This document shows, piece after piece, positions 8,516 through 17,807 of a stretch of 32,000 nucleotides of DNA. The notes under the pieces are model-generated. The model worked only from the letters and a program-made list of their open reading frames with translations, ran no database searches and was not told the origin of the DNA. Source of the DNA: an uncultured archaeon (GTDB taxonomy: Archaea; Iainarchaeota; Iainarchaeia; Iainarchaeales; CSSED10-239); the NCBI GenBank assembly GCA_964496765.1, contig CAZCAP010000001.1:83814-115813 (forward strand). Direction: 5' to 3'. A program made the position numbers and the translations under genes. Within the stretch, counting starts at the first letter, position 1. Every line of letters starts with the position of its first letter.

Positions 8516-9742
8516 ATGAGGCTCAGATTTGCTAAATTTGGAAAAATAAGAGAAAACATTAAATCAACTAGTTCTAGAAAAATAAATAACACATCAACTA
8601 AAGAAAGAATTGCTAATAACACAAGCTTCAGTAGAAAATTAACTTCAACTAGCAATCTATCTATTAAGAAAAAAATACTTGCTGCACAAAAATTAGCAAA
8701 AACATTACCTTCATTAAAACAAAAGGAGCCAGCTAAACCATCTATTAAAAAAAAAATCAAACAAATTAGTAGGCCCCCACTAGTAAATGAACATATATCA
8801 AAAACTAAAATTAATCCAATTAATAATTTACACGATCTAATTTCTCAAAAGAAACAATTGATTCATAATCACATTGAATGGATATGGACTGAATATAATA
8901 AAAAAAGGTTAGCCAAAGATAAAAGAATAAGCACAACGATAATTTATGAAACACTAAAAGCAAAAGAACTATTGAAAGAAACAGAACCTCTTGAGATAAA
9001 AGTAACTAGTCATTATGATGTAGAAATAGAAGAACTAAAGAAAGAATTAAAAGAATATGAGGAAAACCCTGAACGGATTGTATTTAAAATTAAAAAAGAA
9101 GAAGCAAAAATAAGGGACCTTGATGAGAAAATTAAAAAAATAAACCTTCAATCTATTATTGATGAACGTAACATCTTACATAATGAGCTTACGGTACTCT
9201 CAAAGTTAAACCAAGAACACCATCATCTAAGAGATGAATTTACTAAACAAAAATATGTTCGTGATGGAAAATTGAACGTAATTGCATTACTAAAGGAAAA
9301 GTTAGATTCAATCTGTAAAGAACATAAAGTAACAGGAAGGTTAAAGATAGCATTAAACTCTTTGGTTGATAATTATACAGTTAAATATTTTAAACAAGAT
9401 ATAATTAATCACATGAAATATAGAAATCAAAGAATAGATGAACTAGACCTAAAATATTCACAAAAGGAACATGAACTTAAACCATTACTTTTTGAGAAAG
9501 AAAATATTGAAAAAAATATCAATTATCAAAAGAAACATTTACCCGTTCATCAAAGAATTGTAAAAAAATATGAGATAAGAAGAGAAATAGATGATCTTGA
9601 AGGATTAAGAAGAAGAGAAATAAACCAAATAAAGGTTGAAAAAACAAATGAACAAATCTATTCTCAAAAATTAGATCAAGCAAGAAAATTAGCCAAAATT
9701 GAAAATAGATTATATAAACTTATTAATTATATTAAAAAATAG
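8516..9742 (+). CDS. Large charged coiled-coil protein, unknown function
   Basis: 408 aa ORF with long Glu/Lys/Leu heptad-like tracts. Confidence 0.8.
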   Translation: MRLRFAKFGKIRENIKSTSSRKINNTSTKERIANNTSFSRKLTSTSNLSIKKKILAAQKLAKTLPSLKQKEPAKPSIKKKIKQISRPPLVNEHISKTKINPINNLHDLISQKKQLIHNHIEWIWTEYNKKRLAKDKRISTTIIYETLKAKELLKETEPLEIKVTSHYDVEIEELKKELKEYEENPERIVFKIKKEEAKIRDLDEKIKKINLQSIIDERNILHNELTVLSKLNQEHHHLRDEFTKQKYVRDGKLNVIALLKEKLDSICKEHKVTGRLKIALNSLVDNYTVKYFKQDIINHMKYRNQRIDELDLKYSQKEHELKPLLFEKENIEKNINYQKKHLPVHQRIVKKYEIRREIDDLEGLRRREINQIKVEKTNEQIYSQKLDQARKLAKIENRLYKLINYIKK

Positions 9743-9752
9743 AGGAATTAAT

Positions 9753-10154
9753 ATGAAAGATTGTATATTTTGTAAAATTAAGAAAGAAAAGGTTCCTTGT
9801 CACAAAGTTTATGAGGACAAGGATTTTATTGCTTTCCTGGACATCAATCCAATTGCAAAAGGGCATACTCTAGTTATTCCAAAGAAGCATTTCACAAACG
9901 TTCTTGATGCTGATGATAAATTACTTAAAAAATTACTTCCAGTGATTAAAAAGATAATGTTGAACCACAAAGAAAAACTTAATTGTGATGGATTCAATAT
10001 CCTAAATGCAAATGAAAAAGCAGGCCAACAATCAGTATTCCATCTCCACTTCCATATCATTCCAAGATTTAATGATGATGGGTATAACACATGGCCAATA
10101 ACAGGATATGAAAACGAAGATCTTACAGAATTATCTGAAAAATTAAAATTGTGA
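9753..10154 (+). CDS. HIT family hydrolase (canonical)
   Basis: MKDCIFCKI...; FHLHFHIIPRF HIT motif; ATG at 9753 preceded by GAGG. Confidence 0.93.
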   Translation: MKDCIFCKIKKEKVPCHKVYEDKDFIAFLDINPIAKGHTLVIPKKHFTNVLDADDKLLKKLLPVIKKIMLNHKEKLNCDGFNILNANEKAGQQSVFHLHFHIIPRFNDDGYNTWPITGYENEDLTELSEKLKL

Positions 10155-10160
10155 GAAGCT

Positions 10161-10790
10161 ATGCCAATAAACAGAAGAAGTGTACTTTTAAATGAATTAA
10201 AAAGAATAAAACCAAAAACAAATAATGGAAAACACGTATATGATCTTGATAAAAGACATCTAGTTCTTGATTACAAACACTCACCTTCTAATCCCATAGG
10301 TAAACCAATATCTCTTAATAGTTTGTCCGCAATTAAAGAAGGATACAAAAGATTAATTCAAATACAAAAACAAAAAAATAAGCAACTTATCTTAGACATG
10401 GAAACTGCAAACAAGCTGCTTAGAGAGGAAGGAATACCAACAACTAGAGAGAAACCAAGAGAGTACAATCAAGCTATTAGAGAAAAATTAGTGAAATCAA
10501 TATCAGAACATGCAGAACATGAACAAAAAGAATTAAATATAAAAATTAAACAAATTCTTGATAAAACAAAAAGCTCAAGACAATTATTGGAACAATATAA
10601 CAGGCTCCAGGATATTTTAATCTCCAAAATAAACTCTCAATTTAGAACTAGGGGTAAATTAATAGACCCAAGAGGAGAGATATTTAAAAGAAATGCACTT
10701 AGAGAGATTACAACAATTTTAGAAAACACAAACCCAAACAATATACCTACTGCTCTTAATCGTATACAATTAATTATTATTAATTGGTAA
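10161..10790 (+). CDS. Uncharacterised helical protein
   Basis: 209 aa ORF in compact same-strand cluster. Confidence 0.7.
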   Translation: MPINRRSVLLNELKRIKPKTNNGKHVYDLDKRHLVLDYKHSPSNPIGKPISLNSLSAIKEGYKRLIQIQKQKNKQLILDMETANKLLREEGIPTTREKPREYNQAIREKLVKSISEHAEHEQKELNIKIKQILDKTKSSRQLLEQYNRLQDILISKINSQFRTRGKLIDPRGEIFKRNALREITTILENTNPNNIPTALNRIQLIIINW

Positions 10791-10793
10791 TAA

Positions 10794-12194
10794 ATGAATA
10801 AAAAGAATACAATAATAATTACATGTGTTTTTTTAATATTAACAGTCTATGGATTTACTATGAATGAACAAAAAAATAAATTTGGAAAAGATGTATTCCA
10901 AGCTCAAGTTGCTGGACATTTCTATCCAGGAACAAGCAAGAACATAATAAAAGACCTAGATTCTTTCTTTAATAAAGCAGAAATGAATTATTCTGGAGAA
11001 GAAGTCTTTGCTCTTATTACTCCACATGCTGGCTACGATTATTCTGGACAAACAGCAATGGATGCATATAAAAAACTTTATTTTTCTCTTATTTTATCTA
11101 ATAAAAATAATTATAATGTAATTGTTATTGGTCCTGCCCACAGGCTCTATTTTAAAGGAATTTCAACTCTTTCTTCCTCTGAGTATCAAACACCTCTTGG
11201 TAAAGTAAAGCTTGATAACACAGAATTAAAAAAATACACTAATGATTCTGCATTCAAAGATGAGCATTCAATAGAAGTGCAAATTCCTTTTCTACAATAC
11301 ATATTTAATAAAGCAAATAAAAATCTTACAATCACTCCAATTCTATTGGGGGATATAAATAAATCAGAAACCATTAAGATAGTAAGTGAACTAATAGATG
11401 AAAACACAATAATCATTGTCTCATCTGATCTTTCTCATTTTAATAAAGATAAAATTGCAAGAGAGATTGATAAAATTTGTATAAATAATATTTTATCTGG
11501 AGAAGAAGATATTGATGCCTGCGGAGAAGCAGGAATAAATATATTAAACGAACTTGTAGCGAAAGACAAGAACATTAAAAAAGAATTTATTAATTATTCA
11601 AACTCTGGAGACGTCACTGGAGATAAAAATTCTGTTGTTGGGTATGCTTCCTTTTCCTATTATTATGCATCCAGTGAAAATATATTAATTAAGCTTGCAA
11701 GAAAAGCAATATATGATAAACTATCTAATCAAAAAACAAACAAAGAAGAAATAAAAGAAATTATTCCAAAGGAATACCTAGAAACAAAAGGTGTGTTTGT
11801 AACTCTTACAATAAATAATAGACTACGAGGTTGTATTGGGAATATTATAGGAACCAGTCCTATCTATGAAGGGGTAATTGATAATGCAAAAAATTCAGCA
11901 TTCTCTGATCCAAGATTTAATCAACTAACAAATAAAGAGCTTGAGAAAACTGATATTGAGGTTTCTATTCTTTCTGTCCCATCTCCTTGTTCCCTCAGAG
12001 ATATTAAAAAGAATGATGGGGTAATTCTAGAAAAAGGATCTAATTCAGCAATTTATTTACCACAGGTTTGGGATCAGCTACCAAGCAAGGATGAATTTCT
12101 TGGAACGCTTTGTGAAAAAGCAGGTTTAGAATGGGATTGCTACAATGATTCAAAAACAATTTTCAAGAAGTTTAATGTGGAGATAATTAAATGA
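10794..12194 (+). CDS. AmmeMemoRadiSam proteins B and A fused (Memo-like + AMMECR1), with N-terminal hydrophobic segment
   Basis: VAGHFYPGTSK, ITPHAGYDYSGQTA, HSIEVQIPFLQ, SSDLSHF (Memo) followed by FVTLTINNRLRGCIGNI...SAFSDPRF (AMMECR1). Confidence 0.93.
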   Translation: MNKKNTIIITCVFLILTVYGFTMNEQKNKFGKDVFQAQVAGHFYPGTSKNIIKDLDSFFNKAEMNYSGEEVFALITPHAGYDYSGQTAMDAYKKLYFSLILSNKNNYNVIVIGPAHRLYFKGISTLSSSEYQTPLGKVKLDNTELKKYTNDSAFKDEHSIEVQIPFLQYIFNKANKNLTITPILLGDINKSETIKIVSELIDENTIIIVSSDLSHFNKDKIAREIDKICINNILSGEEDIDACGEAGINILNELVAKDKNIKKEFINYSNSGDVTGDKNSVVGYASFSYYYASSENILIKLARKAIYDKLSNQKTNKEEIKEIIPKEYLETKGVFVTLTINNRLRGCIGNIIGTSPIYEGVIDNAKNSAFSDPRFNQLTNKELEKTDIEVSILSVPSPCSLRDIKKNDGVILEKGSNSAIYLPQVWDQLPSKDEFLGTLCEKAGLEWDCYNDSKTIFKKFNVEIIK

Positions 12195-13060
12195 AAGAAG
12201 CTCTCTTTTATAAAAAACTCAAAGATAAAAAAGTTCAATGTATTGCCTGTAATAGGTTTTGTGTTATTCCCATTGAAGAGACTGGTTTTTGTAGGGTTAG
12301 GAAAAATATAAATGGTATTCTTTATTCTCTGGTTTATGGTAAACCTGTTGCAATAAATGTGGATCCAATAGAGAAAAAACCTATTTATGATTTTCTTCCA
12401 GGAACAAAGACTTTAAGCTTTGGCACCCTTGGATGTAACTTTGATTGTTCATTCTGTCAAAATTATAATATCTCTAATGCTAAAGAAGAAAAAGAAATAA
12501 ACAAGATTTGCAACACATCTCCAAAAAAAATTGTTTCTCTTGCGCTCGAAAATAATTGTCCAAGCATATCATACACCTATACTGAACCAACTATCTTTAT
12601 AGAATATGCTCTTGAAACAATGAAACTTGCAAACGAAAATGGGCTAAAGAATATTTGGGTAACAAATGGGTACATGTCAAGTGATGTTGCAAAAGAAATA
12701 ACTAAATATTTAGATGCAATAAACATAGATATTAAAGGGGATAGTGAATTCTATAAAAAGCTAATTAATGAAACCGATGTTAACCTAGTTCTTAAAAATA
12801 TAAAATTCTTTAAGGAGAATAATGTACACGTTGAGGTTACAAACCTTCTAATTGAAAGAGAGAACACAAGACCTGAACAAATTGAATGGATATGCAAAGA
12901 GATTGCAAAAATATCAAAGGATATTCCAATTCATTTTTCAAGAAGCTTTCCTCACTATAGAATGCGAAAAATAACTCCTACCAGGATAGATACTTTAAAA
13001 CTTGCAGAAAAAATTGCAAAAAAAGAAGGACTAAAGAAAGTATATCTTGGAAATATTTAA
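12191..13060 (+). CDS. amrS: AmmeMemoRadiSam system radical SAM enzyme
   Basis: CIACNRFCVIPIEETGFCRVR and radical SAM motif GCNFDCSFCQNYNIS; start overlaps previous stop by 4 nt. Confidence 0.93.
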   Translation: MKEALFYKKLKDKKVQCIACNRFCVIPIEETGFCRVRKNINGILYSLVYGKPVAINVDPIEKKPIYDFLPGTKTLSFGTLGCNFDCSFCQNYNISNAKEEKEINKICNTSPKKIVSLALENNCPSISYTYTEPTIFIEYALETMKLANENGLKNIWVTNGYMSSDVAKEITKYLDAINIDIKGDSEFYKKLINETDVNLVLKNIKFFKENNVHVEVTNLLIERENTRPEQIEWICKEIAKISKDIPIHFSRSFPHYRMRKITPTRIDTLKLAEKIAKKEGLKKVYLGNI

Positions 13061-13061
13061 T

Positions 13062-14450
13062 TTACAGAAAATAAGGCAAGATATTTAATATTAATAATAG
13101 AACAATTAATGCTCCAAAGAATTTTGCAACTCTCTTCATTCTTTTTCTTTGATTATGTTTCTTATTTAAATAATCAGAGAAGATTATCTGTGACATTCCA
13201 CCACCATCGAATGGGAATGAAGGAAGATAATTAACTGTAGCAATTATGAAATTCAATAAAGCAGACCACAACAGAACACCAAAGATTGCTTTATACACAT
13301 AATATTTAAATGGGATTTGGAGATCAGGATCAGGAAGAACTCCACTAGTAAATCCAAGTCTACCCATCTCATTTGCTCTTAAAACAACCATTTTTTGTTC
13401 TCCTGTGGTTGGATTCTTAATTATAAAATTATTATCTACGTTTAATTTAACCGCAGAATTCAAAGAATTTTGCGTAACAATTATTTTATTGTTAACTGCA
13501 TAAATAATATCATTCACATCTAAAACTCCATAGGCTGGAGAAGGGAATACACTTCCACAAATATCTGTATTTTGATCAACAGCATAAACATAAACTGAAT
13601 CCATCTTACTAGTCCCTATTGATTGAGAATAGTTTGTCATTACTGGAGTAAAAGCTAAAAACAATAAAAAGAAAACAATTGCTAGAATTACATTACTCAT
13701 TGGACCAGCAGAATACATTCTTGCAATATCTCTTTTATTCTTTTTTTCAATATCTTTTTCATCTGGCTCAACAAATGCACCAAGTGGAAGAAGAGCAGCA
13801 AACATAAAACCCATTGATTTTAGTTTTACTTTCATTTTTCTTAATAGCACACCATGAGAAACTTCATGAACTATTGCAGCAATTATTAAAATTATCCATC
13901 CATACCATGGAATAAATATATCTACCTTTGGCATTTGTACACCAGGAATAACTAATCCAACTCCTGGACAAGCACTTCCTCCCTGACCCACAGCCACCTT
14001 TGCAAGTATATCATAGGCAGAGAATAGGAGTGAACCAAGAGTAAACCCAGCAAGCCCCATGATTCCAGTTAATACAACAATTCCCATTGCAAACCATTCA
14101 GGAATAAGTACACTTGAAAATAACATTTTTTGGGTTAAAATATAGGTTAGATAAGATAAAACCAAACCAGATCCAATAAAAATTAATAAACGTTGATATA
14201 TACTTTTTACTTTATCACGAATAATATAGTCTAAACCAAAAGCACCAAAACCAATAACAATACCAATATCTGTTATTATATTCAAAAATTTAGTTGGTTT
14301 TGCTAGTTTGTCTAAATACTTGATTAATCTCTTTGTTCTTACCATTATAAGAAAACCAAGATATAAATCTAGTTTTAATAATTTTTTTGCAATTATTGCA
14401 AAAACGCCAATAATTAGGATCACTAATAAAATCCATAAAACTACAATCAT
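13062..14450 (-). CDS. M50 family site-2-type membrane metalloprotease with PDZ-like insert
   Basis: HEVSHG (HExxH) and NYLPSFPFDGG (NxxPxxPxDGG) motifs in a multi-pass protein. Confidence 0.92.
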   Translation of the reverse strand: MIVVLWILLVILIIGVFAIIAKKLLKLDLYLGFLIMVRTKRLIKYLDKLAKPTKFLNIITDIGIVIGFGAFGLDYIIRDKVKSIYQRLLIFIGSGLVLSYLTYILTQKMLFSSVLIPEWFAMGIVVLTGIMGLAGFTLGSLLFSAYDILAKVAVGQGGSACPGVGLVIPGVQMPKVDIFIPWYGWIILIIAAIVHEVSHGVLLRKMKVKLKSMGFMFAALLPLGAFVEPDEKDIEKKNKRDIARMYSAGPMSNVILAIVFFLLFLAFTPVMTNYSQSIGTSKMDSVYVYAVDQNTDICGSVFPSPAYGVLDVNDIIYAVNNKIIVTQNSLNSAVKLNVDNNFIIKNPTTGEQKMVVLRANEMGRLGFTSGVLPDPDLQIPFKYYVYKAIFGVLLWSALLNFIIATVNYLPSFPFDGGGMSQIIFSDYLNKKHNQRKRMKRVAKFFGALIVLLLILNILPYFL

Positions 14451-14539
14451 GTTCTTCTAGCTCGTTTTGTTTTGTGTTACTTTTAGCCTAAATCTTGTTT
14501 ATATTAATTAAGCTATTATTTATAAATGGGTTTGTTTAC

Positions 14540-16015
14540 TTAAATTATTCCAAATAATAATAAAATTCCAAGTATAAATAAGATAATACCTGCAATTAAA
14601 TGAAAGTATTTGATGTTTCTTTGCTTCCATTCTCCAACTTTCTGTACTTCGGTCACTCCAAAGTAAATAATAAAAGTAATTGCAAGCATTGGAAGAATAA
14701 AAATCACATTGTATAACAGTAGTATTGGTAAGGCAGATAATAAACTACCATAGGATAGGAGATTACCAAGAATCACATAGGGTCCAATGGTACATGGAAT
14801 CAAAAATACTGATACGAAAATACCAACAATGAACGCACCAGCTGGTGAAGTTACTTTTGATATTAGTCTTTGAACCCTTGATCTAAAAGACATGGGCATT
14901 TCGGTTCCAATTGTTCCTGGTCTATAATTAAAATAATCCTTTAATTGCATAATAGCAAGGAATAAGGCAAATAAAGCAATTACCTTATAGATGACTGTAC
15001 GAATAATATCCACGCCTGGTATTAATTTAAATATATTAACTAAAAACAAACCATAAATAAAATAAAGTACAAAGATAGCAAGAGAAAATGCGAGCCCAGA
15101 ATATAGTACCTTTCTTCTTTTACCTACATTGGTTGTCATTATTGTTAACAATAATAAGATTAGAACCGCAAATTCACAAGGATTAACAGCATCAACCAAT
15201 GCTAAAGAAACAACAGTCCACAGAGACACTTTTTTTTGAGAAGTATTAATTTGTGAAATTCCATTACAATTTGAATCTGAATTAACATCAACAATAATCT
15301 CCTGTGATTGGCAAACTTCTGAAATGGTTGTAGTCCCATTCCAATAAAAATTATAACCATTAAGCTCAACAGCATTATCAAAATCTATCTTTCCATAGGA
15401 TATTTCTATACTTGTATTAAGTAACATCTTATGATTATTATTACGAATAACTGAATCCACATCAGAACTAGTTAATAATTGATATAAGTCTTCGTTTGAA
15501 ATAGTTGATTGCCCAGTTTTAAATAGAGCTCTGTCTTTATACCAGATAGTTGGAAGCCCAGAAAGATTATTTATTTTAAGATTAGAGAATGAATTAACAT
15601 CTCCTTCAGAATAAATACTAACGGGAAGTGGATAAATATTATTCACGTTATTTGTTTTTAAGTATTCGTCAAACTGGGATGTAATTTCTTCAAAAAAGAA
15701 AACATTTTCTTTATCCAAGATAAGTTGAGGAACATTATAATTAGAATTATAGCCACCTGTTACATAGGGGATGATCTGTTGACCATTAACCTGCTTATCT
15801 CCCACTTCATATTCTATAACAAGTATATTTTCATTTCTAACGGTATCACCAAACAAGATAGGATCAACCTTTGCACAATGAGGGCATCCTAATTTAGTAA
15901 AGTAAACCGCACAAATAGGTTCTGTTGAAGGGGTATCTGCAAAAAGAAAACCACTAAACATACTTAAAAATAAAATAATTGAAATAAAAACAATAATTTT
16001 ATTTTTTGAAATCAT
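14540..16015 (-). CDS. Thioredoxin-like domain fused to CcdA/DsbD-type transmembrane domain
   Basis: Signal-like N-terminus, FTKLGCPHCAKV redox motif, then multi-pass region with DAVNPCEFAV and IPCTIGPYVI. Confidence 0.85.
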   Translation of the reverse strand: MISKNKIIVFISIILFLSMFSGFLFADTPSTEPICAVYFTKLGCPHCAKVDPILFGDTVRNENILVIEYEVGDKQVNGQQIIPYVTGGYNSNYNVPQLILDKENVFFFEEITSQFDEYLKTNNVNNIYPLPVSIYSEGDVNSFSNLKINNLSGLPTIWYKDRALFKTGQSTISNEDLYQLLTSSDVDSVIRNNNHKMLLNTSIEISYGKIDFDNAVELNGYNFYWNGTTTISEVCQSQEIIVDVNSDSNCNGISQINTSQKKVSLWTVVSLALVDAVNPCEFAVLILLLLTIMTTNVGKRRKVLYSGLAFSLAIFVLYFIYGLFLVNIFKLIPGVDIIRTVIYKVIALFALFLAIMQLKDYFNYRPGTIGTEMPMSFRSRVQRLISKVTSPAGAFIVGIFVSVFLIPCTIGPYVILGNLLSYGSLLSALPILLLYNVIFILPMLAITFIIYFGVTEVQKVGEWKQRNIKYFHLIAGIILFILGILLLFGII

Positions 16016-16065
16016 AATTTATCAGGTCAGGTTCATATTCTTAAAATTAGAATTAATCTCATATA

Positions 16066-16854
16066 TTATATATCTAAACCTTTAAATAGATTATTGTTTT
16101 CTTCGGCTTCTTGGAATGGAATACGTAATTGACTTCTAACTTTTTTTTCTGCTCTATAATCAACAGTTTTTTCTAACACTGGGTTTAGTCTTCTTAGCCA
16201 ATCAATTAATTCTCTTAGTTTCTTAAAATCAGGATTAGTTATTAATCTATTACATTTAACTGTATATTCATGTGTAAACTGATGGAATAGTTTTCTTAGG
16301 AATTCATCATAACCAAGAATATTAAAATCTGATATTTTATTAACAACACCTAATAATTCCTTTTCTAAATTTTCTTTGTATACCTTATAATTTGCATGTT
16401 TAAAAACATCCGCTTCTTTTAATATTTTAAATAATGCAGTTGTATGTAAATCCATTTTTTTCTTATTATTTCGAAGTTGGGAAGCATATTTTTCCAGGGT
16501 TCTAAAATTAGATATTATTTCCTTTTGATTACGTAACTTTGCATTCATTGATTTTTTGGTTTTCTGTTGTTCAGTTAAATTTTCAATGGACAGACTTTTA
16601 CCTTTCCTATTAACAGGATCAATAAATATTGGTCTATAATGACTATCATTTACTTTCAGATGATACTTAAGAGTTCTACCAGAATCTGAAACTTTTTTAT
16701 TATATTTATCTAAAAGAGTGATTAAATCAAACTTTGGTTTGTATCTTACTATCTTTTTATTTGATTTACTGATTTTAAGAATTCTATGAACATTTAATTC
16801 AAACTCTGGATATTTCATTTCCTTTGGTGTTCTTGGTCTTTTAACTGATGGCAT
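16066..16854 (-). CDS. Uncharacterised protein
   Basis: 262 aa ORF, basic and helical. Confidence 0.7.
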   Translation of the reverse strand: MPSVKRPRTPKEMKYPEFELNVHRILKISKSNKKIVRYKPKFDLITLLDKYNKKVSDSGRTLKYHLKVNDSHYRPIFIDPVNRKGKSLSIENLTEQQKTKKSMNAKLRNQKEIISNFRTLEKYASQLRNNKKKMDLHTTALFKILKEADVFKHANYKVYKENLEKELLGVVNKISDFNILGYDEFLRKLFHQFTHEYTVKCNRLITNPDFKKLRELIDWLRRLNPVLEKTVDYRAEKKVRSQLRIPFQEAEENNNLFKGLDI

Positions 16855-16871
16855 GTACTATTCCTCTGTCC

Positions 16872-17807
16872 TTATCTTAAATAATATTTATATCCAACAA
16901 GTTTATAGACTAATTTTGCTAGGGTATAGCTTTCAGGAAAATAATCATCTTCCTTCCCTGTTGGTGTAAACTCAACAATATCTGCACCAATTACATTCTT
17001 TTCTCTAAATATAACTCGAAGAAGAGAAAGAAGTTGGTTATAGTTTATTCCTCCAGGCTCAAGTGCTGCTGTGTTTCTAATAATTGATGGATCAAGAACA
17101 TCCACATCAATTGAGATAAAGATATTCTTTGGTAGTTTTTTTAATTGATTAAGAAATAATTTGTTTTTAGATAAATCATAAAACGTGCTTTGATTGTCCA
17201 AGAAGTCTTGCATTTTTATTAAAGAGATATTTTTATTATCTTTACTTTTTAGAAATTCATTTTCATAAAAGTCCATTGTTCTAACTCCAACAATCAAAGA
17301 TTTATGTTTTTCAGAAATTATTTTTGTAGTACATGCCTGCCACCAGGTATCCTTTCCCCATGAATCATAGCAATCAGGATGAGTATCAAAAACAATTATT
17401 CCAAATTCTTCATTCTTCTTTTCATAGATCTTTTCAAAAGCAGAGATTAGAGGAATAGTTGTTGAATGATCAGATCCTAGAATAATTGGAAACTTATCCT
17501 TAGTTAGTTTAAGATCAGAGAGATAATTAACTATCTTTGGAGATATCTTAATAAAATCCTTATCTTTAAGAGAGAAAATATTTTCTGTATATATCCCTTG
17601 GAGATAAGATTCTTTTCCAAGTTCAAGATCAAAATAATCAATATTAGTGGATGCTTTAAGGATTACTTCTGGTGCCCTGTAGGCTCCACTACCATGAGCA
17701 AGAGGGATATCATAGGAAATTGGTATGATTATAACCTTTGATTTCTTTTTGTCACTATGTTCCTTTGGAACATTCATAAAATTTAATTTTTTTACCATTG
17801 GGATCAT
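16872..17807 (-). CDS. speB: Agmatinase/ureohydrolase family protein
   Basis: GSDHSTT, DTHPDCYD, SIDVDVLDPS metal-binding motifs. Confidence 0.9.
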   Translation of the reverse strand: MIPMVKKLNFMNVPKEHSDKKKSKVIIIPISYDIPLAHGSGAYRAPEVILKASTNIDYFDLELGKESYLQGIYTENIFSLKDKDFIKISPKIVNYLSDLKLTKDKFPIILGSDHSTTIPLISAFEKIYEKKNEEFGIIVFDTHPDCYDSWGKDTWWQACTTKIISEKHKSLIVGVRTMDFYENEFLKSKDNKNISLIKMQDFLDNQSTFYDLSKNKLFLNQLKKLPKNIFISIDVDVLDPSIIRNTAALEPGGINYNQLLSLLRVIFREKNVIGADIVEFTPTGKEDDYFPESYTLAKLVYKLVGYKYYLR

